Positions 29,244 to 39,195 of a stretch of 64,000 bases of DNA are shown here, one piece after another. The DNA lies in IMG/VR virus record IMGVR_UViG_3300020473_000010, positions 224,698 through 288,697 of that record, one strand, 5' to 3'. The notes beneath the pieces were generated by a model. The model searched no databases. It saw only the letters and a program-made list of their open reading frames with translations, and was not told the DNA's origin. The position numbers and the translations under genes were made by a program. Position 1 is the first letter of the stretch, and each line of letters opens with the position of its first letter.

Positions 29244-29963
29244 ATGAAGATTGCGATAGTAACTCTCGGTGATGAAAATGTCTATGACTGGAATAAGATA
29301 TCGTTTCCTAATAAATTAAAGTATTGTAATATTCATGGATATGACTTCATCACTCGAGATAGACTTCTAGATCAGCGGCCGGCTGGGTGGTCGAAAATAG
29401 TTTTGATTCTAGAATATTTAAATAAATATGATTATATTTTTTGGTCTGACACTGATAGTCTTGTGGTTGATCCGGAGAGAAAACTGGAAGATCTAATTGA
29501 TAAAAGTAAAGATATTATTTTCTGCATGACCGGCGTTAAAGGTTCTTACTGGACTTTAAGCAGTGGTCAATTCTTTGTGAAGAATACGGATTGGTCAAGA
29601 AAATTTCTGGAAACTGTATATAATCAGACGTTTTTAGTTAATTCTGGAGATGGAAGCGATAATAAAGCAAAAACAGAAGAAGACGAAATGAAAAGACAAA
29701 ATTGCGGATGTGATGGTTGTAAGTGGTTTAAATATGACCAGAAAGGATTTATCCACGTAACAAACAAGATGGACAAAGAAGAAAAGAAACGCCATATTGG
29801 CTTTTATGAACCGAGCGATTCCCGATATTTTAATAGCTACGGGGAAAACCTAAAAGAGCAATGCTTCATACGGCATTTTCCTGGAAGATATAAAAATTTT
29901 GATGAATTTCGAAATGTCTCAAAAACCGCACTTCAAAGATTGGAAAATTATGTTAAATATTAA
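29244..29963 (+). CDS. Glycosyltransferase family 34 (GMA12/MNN10-like)
   Basis: NKLKYCNIHGY, WSKI, YDYIFWSDTD, SGQFFVKNTDWS, DQ, FIRHFPG. Confidence 0.85.
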   Translation: MKIAIVTLGDENVYDWNKISFPNKLKYCNIHGYDFITRDRLLDQRPAGWSKIVLILEYLNKYDYIFWSDTDSLVVDPERKLEDLIDKSKDIIFCMTGVKGSYWTLSSGQFFVKNTDWSRKFLETVYNQTFLVNSGDGSDNKAKTEEDEMKRQNCGCDGCKWFKYDQKGFIHVTNKMDKEEKKRHIGFYEPSDSRYFNSYGENLKEQCFIRHFPGRYKNFDEFRNVSKTALQRLENYVKY

Positions 29964-30885
29964 TTCAGATTCACATCCGGAACTTTACCTAGATATAAAT
30001 GAAAGCTTAAAATATTTGAACGCTTTGAATTATGATGATTTTAATTATCCAGAAGAAACTACAATTTTCCATACATATTCCGAAATTAAAAATGTATATG
30101 AGCTTCAATGTATAAGATCGTTTTTAGCTACTCAGAATTTAGAAAAAACAAAATTGATTCTATGGTCTGATTATGATATTTCAAACAATTGTTTAATAGA
30201 TCCCTATAAAGATTATATTGATATGAGGATTTATAATCCTTTTGAGGTTGCACAAGATACAATATTAGAAAATAATCATGATATCCTTGCTGCAAAAGAT
30301 GAAAGACACTGGCTGCAAAGTGATCTTTTAAGATTGGTCGCTCTTCATAAATTTGGAGGAATATGGATTGATATGGACATTGTTCTCTTAAGAGATTTTA
30401 AACCAATCATGGATCAGGAATTTCTTTATTCAAATTTTGCCACAATAGACCACGAAAAAGAGGGGATGTGGGGAACAATAATGGGGCTTAAGCAAAAATC
30501 TAATTTATCTTTGCTTTTCTTAGAAGAGTTAATAAAAATCTCACCGGAGGAAAACACAAAATGTTGGGGACTGAATTTATTTAAAAAAGTATATCAGGAT
30601 AATAAATTTAACGTACTTCCGGCGATGTTTTTTAATCCTGAATATGGAGTTTTAGGATGGCCAAATGTAAGCGTTAAAAACAAAAACTACATATCGGGTA
30701 TTATAGATGGATGGTTTTTTGATAATGTTGTTATTAATTCCTTATATACCGGTACATTTTCTTGGCATTGGCATAACTCCACTGGAAGAACTAAGAAAAA
30801 ACCAAAAACGATACAAGAGGGATCAAAATTTTGGCAGATGGACCAAATTATAGAATCAAAACTAATAGAGAGAGGAATATTATGA
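29950..30885 (+). CDS. DXD-motif glycosyltransferase (GT32-like)
   Basis: SDLLRLVALHKFGGIWIDMDIVLLR, WG..L, HWHN. Confidence 0.85.
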   Translation: MLNINSDSHPELYLDINESLKYLNALNYDDFNYPEETTIFHTYSEIKNVYELQCIRSFLATQNLEKTKLILWSDYDISNNCLIDPYKDYIDMRIYNPFEVAQDTILENNHDILAAKDERHWLQSDLLRLVALHKFGGIWIDMDIVLLRDFKPIMDQEFLYSNFATIDHEKEGMWGTIMGLKQKSNLSLLFLEELIKISPEENTKCWGLNLFKKVYQDNKFNVLPAMFFNPEYGVLGWPNVSVKNKNYISGIIDGWFFDNVVINSLYTGTFSWHWHNSTGRTKKKPKTIQEGSKFWQMDQIIESKLIERGIL

Positions 30886-31781
30886 GATTTTATATGTATG
30901 ATTTTGGGGATTTAAACGTATACATAAAATGGGATTATGATCGATTTTTCTATAAACGTTGGTGTGAAGAGAGTTTTAATGCCCTGCATAGACACCCGTA
31001 CAGGGTTGATGATCCAGAGGAAGCTGATTTTTTCATCGTTACACAGACGTTACGTTCTGTTCCGTTTGCTGGATTTAGCTGGAGAGCTTATTTAGATGGT
31101 TTCTTAAGAGGTCAAAAGTTCTGGAATCAAGGGAAACCTCATGTTTTTTTTGATATTAAAGATTCACCTAGACCGATCATAGAGGATCCTAGAGCCATTG
31201 TTTGCAAAACGGCTTTTCATGAAGATTTTTTTAACCCAAAACTACACATACCAATTCCACAATTTCCCAGAGAAAGGTTTGAAGAAGAGATTATACCGGT
31301 TGGCGAAAGAAAGCATTTAGTTGGTTTTAAGGGTCATCCTAGAACAGAATGGACCGATCTAAGATCTAGATTATTTAAACTCAACGATGGGAAAGATATT
31401 ATAATTGTACCCGGGATATATTCCAAAGATACAATAGAAGAGCATAATAATATCTTACGTAATTCAAAATTTGCTTTGTTGCCTCGAGCTAACGGATATG
31501 CTTTATCATATAGAATGATTGAATGCATGAACCTTGGGTGTATACCAGTAATAATTTCCGATGGACATGTTCTTCCATTTCAATCAGAAATTGATTATAA
31601 TTCTTTTTCTGTTCGAATTAAAGAAAATAAAATTAACAATTTAGAAGAAATGCTTAGAAATCGAGAAGATCTTGAAATTTTACAAAGGAAATCTTACGGA
31701 GCTTATTTAAAATATTTTTCTTCTACAGAAACGATTATTAATCATTCGCTAAATTTGATAGAGAAGATGGAATGGGCTTAG
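30882..31781 (+). CDS. Exostosin-family (GT47) glycosyltransferase
   Basis: DPEEADFF, SKFALLPR.....SYRMIECMNLGCIPVIISD..VLPF..EIDY..FSVRI. Confidence 0.88.
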   Translation: MRFYMYDFGDLNVYIKWDYDRFFYKRWCEESFNALHRHPYRVDDPEEADFFIVTQTLRSVPFAGFSWRAYLDGFLRGQKFWNQGKPHVFFDIKDSPRPIIEDPRAIVCKTAFHEDFFNPKLHIPIPQFPRERFEEEIIPVGERKHLVGFKGHPRTEWTDLRSRLFKLNDGKDIIIVPGIYSKDTIEEHNNILRNSKFALLPRANGYALSYRMIECMNLGCIPVIISDGHVLPFQSEIDYNSFSVRIKENKINNLEEMLRNREDLEILQRKSYGAYLKYFSSTETIINHSLNLIEKMEWA

Positions 31782-32467
31782 AAACAATATATGGCATTAT
31801 GATAACCGGGAAGACCCCGGAGCGTATTCTAATGGCAAATCTTTCAGCCCAAAGCTTTTTTAAACAAACATATAGCAATAAGCATTTGCTAATAATTGAT
31901 GATGGTGATTTTGATTTCAATTTCTCTAACAGTGTTGCAACACATCTAAAAGTTTCCAATGGGCTAACACTTGGAGAACTACGAAATATAGCATTGGACT
32001 ATCTTCCAGTTAATTCTGTCTGGGTTCAATGGGACGATGATGATTGGCATCATCCTAACGTAATCTCGGAGCAATATGAAGAACTTTCTAGGGCAAATGT
32101 TCCTTGTTGTTTTATGAAAAGCCAAATCCGTTATTCATTTAACAAAAATTGTGCCTGGATTTTTGGAGAAAATTTAAATTCTGAATACCGGGGCATTTGT
32201 GGTACCGGAATGTTTCGAAATAGCGAAATTCGATATCCGGCACTTGAAAAGTCTGAAGACAGTGTTTTTTCTAGGTATTATGAAAATAATGATATATTGT
32301 GGGATAATCCTCCGCATTATTATCTAAGATTTATTCACAACAATAATACATGGGATGAGGATCATTTTCTGTGTAGTAGAATGGAAAAAAACACCTGGGA
32401 TATTAATGGATATTCCCGGGAATATTTAGAAAAAATACTAGATTTATACAAGAGTTCAAAGTGTTAA
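31772..32467 (+). CDS. Glycosyltransferase family 2
   Basis: FFKQTY, LLIIDDG, LGELRN, QWDDDDW, SED. Confidence 0.85.
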   Translation: MGLETIYGIMITGKTPERILMANLSAQSFFKQTYSNKHLLIIDDGDFDFNFSNSVATHLKVSNGLTLGELRNIALDYLPVNSVWVQWDDDDWHHPNVISEQYEELSRANVPCCFMKSQIRYSFNKNCAWIFGENLNSEYRGICGTGMFRNSEIRYPALEKSEDSVFSRYYENNDILWDNPPHYYLRFIHNNNTWDEDHFLCSRMEKNTWDINGYSREYLEKILDLYKSSKC

Positions 32468-33252
32468 ATATAGTCATTACAGGATATAACTCTGTCAAAT
32501 GGCTTCAAAAATGCCTTGAGTCAGTATCAAACCAAAAATATAAAGATTTTTCTTGCATTGTTATTAATGATGCTTCAACTGACTTGGGTTTTGAAGAAGT
32601 TGCATTATCTTATTGTAATTTGCATGGCTGGAGATATATAAAGAATACTAAAAGATCTGGCCCTTTATTTTCAAGAATAAAAGGGATAGAATTTTTAAAC
32701 CTTGATGATAATGATATCATCTTTTTAATAGATGGAGATGATTGGCTATTGCATGAAAATGTTTTCCAGTATATACTTGATATATACAACGTTAACGACA
32801 TATATCTTACGTGGGGATATTGGAAACCGATTGATACCTCTGGGAGACAGGCGAACCGAGAAAGAACTCTTGATGATGTTTATATCCCTAGAATGAAATA
32901 CATTGATGAAAACAGGGATCAACTTTTTATAGAAAATTCCTATCGAGGAGCTCCTTTTTCATTTGCTCATCCCAGAACGTTTAAGTATATTTTATGGAAA
33001 AATATTGATCGATCTGATTTTTTTGACCAAAATGGAACAATGTTCTTGTCCGCTACTGATTATGCCTTCATGTATCCAATGCTGGAAATGTGTGGTGATA
33101 AATTTAAAATAATCTATGAAAGATTAATTGCATATAATTTGCATGACGAAAATATAGTCATGATATCAAAAGAAGATAGAAAGCAAAACAGAATATGGTG
33201 TAATGAGATCAAAAGAAAAAGAAAATATTTGCCAATTATTTTAGATAGCTAA
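32461..33252 (+). CDS. Glycosyltransferase family 2
   Basis: GYN, INDASTD, IDGDDWL, HPRTFK..LW, D.AFMYPMLEM; paralog of the N-terminal domain of 24183-25559. Confidence 0.88.
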   Translation: MLNIVITGYNSVKWLQKCLESVSNQKYKDFSCIVINDASTDLGFEEVALSYCNLHGWRYIKNTKRSGPLFSRIKGIEFLNLDDNDIIFLIDGDDWLLHENVFQYILDIYNVNDIYLTWGYWKPIDTSGRQANRERTLDDVYIPRMKYIDENRDQLFIENSYRGAPFSFAHPRTFKYILWKNIDRSDFFDQNGTMFLSATDYAFMYPMLEMCGDKFKIIYERLIAYNLHDENIVMISKEDRKQNRIWCNEIKRKRKYLPIILDS

Positions 33253-33268
33253 TTAGGAGAGAACAGTA

Positions 33269-33997
33269 ATGGGGAAAGAAAATAAAAAAATTTTTATAAT
33301 AGGTTTTAATAAATGTGGAACAAGAACGTTATCTAAATATTTTGAAAGCCAAGGTTTAGGCACTTATCATATAGGAAGAGATTGGTATCCGTTTAGTTGT
33401 CAACTAACAGATAATATGGCAAATAGAAAAAAAATATTAGATTCATATGAACATGATGTTTATGCAGATCATGCTTTTTTAGTAAGATACTATAAAAGAC
33501 TGGACAAAGATTATCCTGGAAGTTTATTTATTCTTAACACTAGAGATGTTGATGATTGGCTTATCAGCAGATTAAATCACCATTGGTGCACAATGGTTCC
33601 CGCATATAATGTACGTACTGGTCACAGAAACCTGAATTGGAAACAGTGGGTTGCTGATTGGCGAGTACAGTGGGCAGAGCACCATAAAGATGTTAAAAAG
33701 TTTTTTTCGAATAGGCCGAGTGACTTATTAATTTTTAATATCAATAATGATGACGTACAAAAGATTATTGATTTCTGTTTACCGGATTATAATTTTAATG
33801 AATCGGGGTGGGGCCACTCCGGAGAAACGCTGAAGCGACAGGAGCTTTATTTTTCAAAAATAAATGGGGAAATAGTTAATATCAAGAAACCACCTGAGCG
33901 AGCTCGTCCGTTTGATCCATGGCATATTGAGCTAAAGATGGTAACAACCAGTATTTCTACTAAACATATGATAACTGATCCAAAAGAAGAATTATAA
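33269..33997 (+). CDS. Sulfotransferase family protein
   Basis: IFIIGFNKCGTRTL, YPGSLFILNTRDVDDWLISR, V..FF..RP.DLL. Confidence 0.8.
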   Translation: MGKENKKIFIIGFNKCGTRTLSKYFESQGLGTYHIGRDWYPFSCQLTDNMANRKKILDSYEHDVYADHAFLVRYYKRLDKDYPGSLFILNTRDVDDWLISRLNHHWCTMVPAYNVRTGHRNLNWKQWVADWRVQWAEHHKDVKKFFSNRPSDLLIFNINNDDVQKIIDFCLPDYNFNESGWGHSGETLKRQELYFSKINGEIVNIKKPPERARPFDPWHIELKMVTTSISTKHMITDPKEEL

Positions 33998-34045
33998 CAA
34001 CATTTTTAATTCCTGAACCTTGAGAATATCTTACATATCTTCGAT

Positions 34046-34057
34046 GGTTATTTTATT
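34046..34057 (-). repeat. Right copy of the 12-bp inverted repeat (GGTTATTTTATT)
   Basis: Exact reverse complement of 29151-29162; overlaps the tail-fibre stop codon. Confidence 0.6.
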
Positions 34058-37000
34058 AAGATAATTTAGTTAACCTAATCCAATTTTCCAATGCTTCACT
34101 ATCAGTATTCCCAATTTCGGTTTTTATAACTTGGTTACTAGCAGTTCCAACTGCCTGTACAGTAAAAATAACCCTTAATTTATCGTTATTGGTTAACGAA
34201 ATTAATCTAGGTTGTTTCATAAGGCTCCAAGTAGCAAATACGTTATCACCTTGTAGTGTAATTTCATTCCCTGTTGCTATAGTTGACCAGGATCCGGTAC
34301 CGCCTGGTTGTTGCTGGAGATCAGCGCGGTATTTCTTTTTCTTATCGCCGCCGCCGTTTTGAGTTTTTGCATAAATCTGAAAAGAAACTTCGTAGGTTCC
34401 AGCTCCACTAGCCGGAAGAGTTATAGTGCCGTTAGTTAAATTCGTACCTCCAGTGGTAACAGTTAAACTATTATTATCTAATAATTCAGAGTCCCAGTTT
34501 ACGATTGTTGCAGTTTGCTGTCCATCAGGGCCGTTGTTATCAACGAGCTGTGTTTGGACGAATAACGATGGGTCCGCGGATTTGTCGATATGTATAATCG
34601 ATTGTGATCCACCAGAAGCGCCAGCTGCGCCCATTTTTGCTTTGGTAATAGTATATTTTTTAGTTATTGTAACACCACTGACAATTGCCCTGACCGTGAA
34701 GGTTTCTGAATCAGTAGTCCAAGAGCCTCCAGTTAAAGCATATACGCCAGTCGATTGAGTAATCGTAAATGTTAGGCCATTTTGAACAGCAGCAACGTTG
34801 GTTCCGGAAGTTCCGGTATAATAAGTGGAGTTTGCGCCGGTCTTATCAACTGCCCCAAGATATCTATGAAAAGTTCCTCCGGCTGAAGTTAGGTTATAAC
34901 CTGTTCCATCATTTGCGGCTGCCACTGTTGGACTTGAATTTGACAACCAACCATAATGTGCATCAGTTCCATTGGTTCCATTTGATCCATTTGATCCGTT
35001 TGACCCATTAGCGCCGTCTGCTCCCGGGATTGTCTTATCTAGAATAATTTTTACGATATGATCTGTAACCGCAGCGCCATTGACGAAAGCGTCGACTTTT
35101 ATTGATAATTCGATATATTTAAGAGGTTTACCTGATGTAAGCTCAGTTGCAAAAGCAACTAGTTTCAGTTTTGCTTCGCCACCCACTAATTCCGGTTCTA
35201 GTTGAGCTAGAATAACACCACTACTATTAGTGTGTTTGAATTTTATTTTATTAGAATTCCAATATGAATAGATAGGAGCGCTAGTCCCATCTGTGGCATA
35301 TGCTGTGCCGGCGACATCTTCGGCTACTGTTACTTTAAGCGCAAATTTGTCCGCAGTTGTTCCTTCTGTTCCGTTATTTGAACTGTTGTATTCAATTGCT
35401 GTATTAGCCCGTTTTCCTGTAATCGCGATGTGGTCTACGGCAGACTGAATTGTAACAGCCCCGGCACTGTCGACGACAGCAGGAGATAAAACACCTCTTT
35501 TGGTAGCGTGAATTACCCATGCATCTTTTCCATCTGCTCCTGGTGACCCAGCTGAACCACCTGCTCCATCTGCTCCACGTTTACCAGATTTTACTATCAC
35601 TAATGGAACTTTATAATCATCAACTGCTTGACTGTTTACGTAAGCATCAACAGGGATTTTTACATGAATAGAATGAAGGTCAACAGCTCCTCCAGCGGTT
35701 CGCTGCGTAACAACATCTTTTACAAGAAGTTTCGCATTGGGAGACACATTTGATGGGTATACTTTTGCGAGTATTTGTCCGGACACGTCTGTATCTCTTA
35801 ATTCTAGATAGGACGCATCGGAGGGAGCACCATCGAACCATTTTGAATATACGTTTCTTGAAACCCCAGTCGTAGAATAACTCGTTCCTATAACTTTCCC
35901 ATTGGTTTCGATATCGAGGGCAAAGCGATCATTTGTAGTACCTTCAGCACCATCTGTTTTATTAAGGTATTGAATTGCTGTTCCTTGTCTATCGCCATAG
36001 ACCTCTACAAAATCTGCGTTGCTATTGGTAACAGCCCAATTAGCAGCAACGTTAGCTAAGGCGACAACACCGTTGTTTGTTGTGTTGATAATAAACCCGT
36101 CTTTACCGTTGGTGCCAGTATCACCTTTTTTACCTTTTCTAACTATTATTCCAACGTTTTGTGTAACTGTATTACTAGAGTCTATTCGGATATGTACTGG
36201 AATTTTCATTACTAATTTAGTATATGGATCGGCATTACTAGCATTCCATCCGGATTGCATTGCAGATACTGTAAGTTGTGCGTTGTTGCCTAAATCGGCT
36301 TCAGTCATTTGCAAGACAATATGGGCAGAATTTTTAAATTGAATATTAGCAGCGTAAGAATCAGAACTGGCCATAGATAATGCGCCAGTCGTATTATCAG
36401 CATCTTTGATCACATATGCGGTGATGTTGGCATAGTCTACATTAAATTGATTAGCTGTACCTGGGGCGGCAGTTCCGTTACCCTGATAGGCTGCTGTTGT
36501 TCCACCGACACGAACGGATATCTCTGCTTTATGACCCGCGCTAACTGCTATAGTTGCAGAATCGTCTGCTGGGTTTTTACCGGCGGCATTGGTACCGACG
36601 ACAATTTCACCTGGTTCGACAGTTGCTATAGCTGCGGAAATAGCGTTGTTGGCGTCAAACTTAATAGCTTTTAATGTGTTATCCGATGAAATAGTAATAT
36701 TATTTCCAGCAACAAAATCGACAGTGCCATCGGTATTAACTACATCATCTGATGGGCTATGGGTCCATGTATATCCAGAATCAGCATTATTACTATCGAT
36801 TATATTAAAATCTGCGCCGGCATCTAATCTAATATCTGTTCCATCTTCTCTGGTAAAATACAGGTGAGTTTCATTTGGATCATCAATCTTTTTAACCCAA
36901 ATTTGCCCATATTCTACTAGGTCTGTATTCGAAGCGGTTTGTTCTTTTAGATAAATACTTTGTTCACCGTGCAGGTTTCCTTCCATGTCGAGTTCGATTG

Positions 37001-39185
37001 CTGGATCACCATCTGGGGTTGTAATTCTTCCGGAAAGTTTTAAGTCTCCACCAAGCACTCTTTTTAAACTGACGTCATCAATAGTGAATGTATTCCCAGC
37101 AGAAGAAGATACAATTTGGATTACAAATCCGGACGAATGGATTCCATCGTCGGCGGCGCTTCCACCAGCGGAGGATCCCTTGGATCTAAAATATACAGTA
37201 TGTGTTCCATTTGATATAGGAAGTGGAGTATTAGTATGAGCAAAGCTAGCATTGGTTATTCTAGCAGTAGGAGAACCACTTACTCCTGAAATCGTATATT
37301 TAAATTTATAAAGCTTTGCTGGAAGTGCTTTTGCTCCGGAGGATACCATGTTGGCTTTGTTTTGGCTTAAGTTCCCTGGGGAAGCGTGGTGTGCATAAGT
37401 CCAGGCGCCGGAGCCATGGGTCCAACCATTTTGAGCACCACCAGTATTCCAATTGTTTGCATTTGGAAACCCGGTATTTTGAAGTATTTCGTTTGAATCT
37501 ACATTTGAACCCTCGAGATTTTCTAATACTAAATTAGAGAATCTTTTACTGGCCCATTTACCATATGTAGTCCCGGTTTTTAAAGATGGAGATGCTGATG
37601 GTGTTGATGCTGCTGAGATCTTCCACCCTTTGGATACATAGCTTCCAGGATCCGTAGAGGTAGTTCCTCCCAAGATAGTAACATAACAATAAGAATGGGA
37701 TTCGACATCTCTAATCCATAATTCTGGTATTCTGTTTGATCCTACAGTGATTACTATATCTGTGTTTGGGGCCCAAGGAGTGGAAGAGGTTGAATCTTTA
37801 ATATCGGTTGCATTAATCATCTCAACCGTTACTTGCGTTCCGTCTGTATCAATATATGGAGATCCTGTTTGTGCCGTATATTTTGCAGAAACGATGAATG
37901 AGCGATCAGCAGCATGGTCTGCATGGTTTTCGTTTCCGACAAAGTTAACTAAAAACTGATTAATGATTGTATCACCATTACCAACAGCGGCTCGACCTTC
38001 TGCTATTTTTAACCAATACCTGTCTGTTGTTACCGGTGTTCCAGTTACTATTGAAGATGCTGCGCCAGTCCCCCAACTTAATACTCCATTACCGTCGGTT
38101 TCAAGCCTGTCTCCAGCGGACCCGTCATCAGTTGGCAAGGTCCAAATAGTACTAGGGTTTGTGGCTACGGTTGGAGCTTGAAACCCTACGTAGTGGGAAT
38201 TATCAACATCATAAAACCTTAGTTGGCCTGTGACAGGGGCTGAAGGATCAGTATTATTATTTTTTATTCCTACGTTTCCGTCATCAACTGTTAATTTATC
38301 AGAAGGTGAAGTTGTTCCAATACCAACTTTTCCATCATGTTGAATTCGTACCTTTTCAGAATTATCTACCTGGAAAGTAATAGTAGAATTATTTGCTACA
38401 CCACCATCATCTGCATAAAATTCTAGATTCCCATCTGATGATTGAACACCTGAATAAGCGTTAGTATCAGAGTCTGTTAATCTAATTTCTGGAACTGGGG
38501 CCTTTAAATGAATAGGAGTGTCCGGAGAATCAATCCCAATACCAACTCTTTTATCGTTTTTTACAACAAAAGCTGGGGAACCTCCAACATTGATATCTAA
38601 AGCATGATAAGTTGTTCCAGATCCATTTTGATTGATTGTTACTGCAGTAGCAGTTCCGTCATTTGTAACTGTCCAACTTTCTGTTGTGCTGGCGTCTGTA
38701 TGAATCTGTGTATAATCACCCGTAACTTTTAAATCACCTTCAATTCTTGTATTTCCTACAATGTCTAATTTATATCCTGAAGTAACAGAGGTTGTTCCAA
38801 TACCAACTTTGTCAGCCGTTGTTGTTAATCTTACAGTTGAACCGTCATCTGTCCATCCTGAATTATAGCTTCCTGCAGGCCCTCCTAAAGAACCTGAAAT
38901 ATAAACATCACCTACAAATAAAGTTGTACCTTCTGTTCCTCCAATTCCTTGAGAGGGAGTTGATCCAGAGACTAATAGCCAAACATCTGAACCAACACAA
39001 TTGGCAGAAGAAGCATCTTTAAGCATGTTAGAATCATAAGCACCATCGGCGTTAGACGCTTTTGAAGCTGAATAAACCAGCATCGATGGTACGTATCCAG
39101 CCGTGTGTGTTGCAACGCCGGCTTTAGTACCAGAGGCAATTAGTTGTGTTGTTCTTATCTGTTTTGAACGAAAATCGCTAGACAT
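34056..39185 (-). CDS. Long tail fibre / receptor-binding protein (1709 aa)
   Basis: Repeated KVGIGT motifs, WTLP..DG..G..L.TDGNG.LSW, collagen-like G-X-Y hinges between repeated beta modules, C1q-like C-terminus (GTITLP..GAGTYEVSFQI). Confidence 0.8.
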   Translation of the reverse strand: MSSDFRSKQIRTTQLIASGTKAGVATHTAGYVPSMLVYSASKASNADGAYDSNMLKDASSANCVGSDVWLLVSGSTPSQGIGGTEGTTLFVGDVYISGSLGGPAGSYNSGWTDDGSTVRLTTTADKVGIGTTSVTSGYKLDIVGNTRIEGDLKVTGDYTQIHTDASTTESWTVTNDGTATAVTINQNGSGTTYHALDINVGGSPAFVVKNDKRVGIGIDSPDTPIHLKAPVPEIRLTDSDTNAYSGVQSSDGNLEFYADDGGVANNSTITFQVDNSEKVRIQHDGKVGIGTTSPSDKLTVDDGNVGIKNNNTDPSAPVTGQLRFYDVDNSHYVGFQAPTVATNPSTIWTLPTDDGSAGDRLETDGNGVLSWGTGAASSIVTGTPVTTDRYWLKIAEGRAAVGNGDTIINQFLVNFVGNENHADHAADRSFIVSAKYTAQTGSPYIDTDGTQVTVEMINATDIKDSTSSTPWAPNTDIVITVGSNRIPELWIRDVESHSYCYVTILGGTTSTDPGSYVSKGWKISAASTPSASPSLKTGTTYGKWASKRFSNLVLENLEGSNVDSNEILQNTGFPNANNWNTGGAQNGWTHGSGAWTYAHHASPGNLSQNKANMVSSGAKALPAKLYKFKYTISGVSGSPTARITNASFAHTNTPLPISNGTHTVYFRSKGSSAGGSAADDGIHSSGFVIQIVSSSAGNTFTIDDVSLKRVLGGDLKLSGRITTPDGDPAIELDMEGNLHGEQSIYLKEQTASNTDLVEYGQIWVKKIDDPNETHLYFTREDGTDIRLDAGADFNIIDSNNADSGYTWTHSPSDDVVNTDGTVDFVAGNNITISSDNTLKAIKFDANNAISAAIATVEPGEIVVGTNAAGKNPADDSATIAVSAGHKAEISVRVGGTTAAYQGNGTAAPGTANQFNVDYANITAYVIKDADNTTGALSMASSDSYAANIQFKNSAHIVLQMTEADLGNNAQLTVSAMQSGWNASNADPYTKLVMKIPVHIRIDSSNTVTQNVGIIVRKGKKGDTGTNGKDGFIINTTNNGVVALANVAANWAVTNSNADFVEVYGDRQGTAIQYLNKTDGAEGTTNDRFALDIETNGKVIGTSYSTTGVSRNVYSKWFDGAPSDASYLELRDTDVSGQILAKVYPSNVSPNAKLLVKDVVTQRTAGGAVDLHSIHVKIPVDAYVNSQAVDDYKVPLVIVKSGKRGADGAGGSAGSPGADGKDAWVIHATKRGVLSPAVVDSAGAVTIQSAVDHIAITGKRANTAIEYNSSNNGTEGTTADKFALKVTVAEDVAGTAYATDGTSAPIYSYWNSNKIKFKHTNSSGVILAQLEPELVGGEAKLKLVAFATELTSGKPLKYIELSIKVDAFVNGAAVTDHIVKIILDKTIPGADGANGSNGSNGSNGTNGTDAHYGWLSNSSPTVAAANDGTGYNLTSAGGTFHRYLGAVDKTGANSTYYTGTSGTNVAAVQNGLTFTITQSTGVYALTGGSWTTDSETFTVRAIVSGVTITKKYTITKAKMGAAGASGGSQSIIHIDKSADPSLFVQTQLVDNNGPDGQQTATIVNWDSELLDNNSLTVTTGGTNLTNGTITLPASGAGTYEVSFQIYAKTQNGGGDKKKKYRADLQQQPGGTGSWSTIATGNEITLQGDNVFATWSLMKQPRLISLTNNDKLRVIFTVQAVGTASNQVIKTEIGNTDSEALENWIRLTKLS
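34966..35016 (-). repeat. Degenerate 9-bp tandem repeat encoding GAN-GSN-GSN-GSN-GTN-GT (collagen-like)
   Basis: ttccattggttccatttgatccatttgatccgtttgacccatt. Confidence 0.7.
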
Positions 39186-39195
39186 TTATGTTCCC

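Noticed and set aside
12772-33997. Bacterial O-antigen or capsule locus
   Set aside because: No wzx, wzy, wzz, ABC exporter or initiating transferase; the genes are translationally coupled to phage sigma and baseplate genes and share phage promoter motifs.
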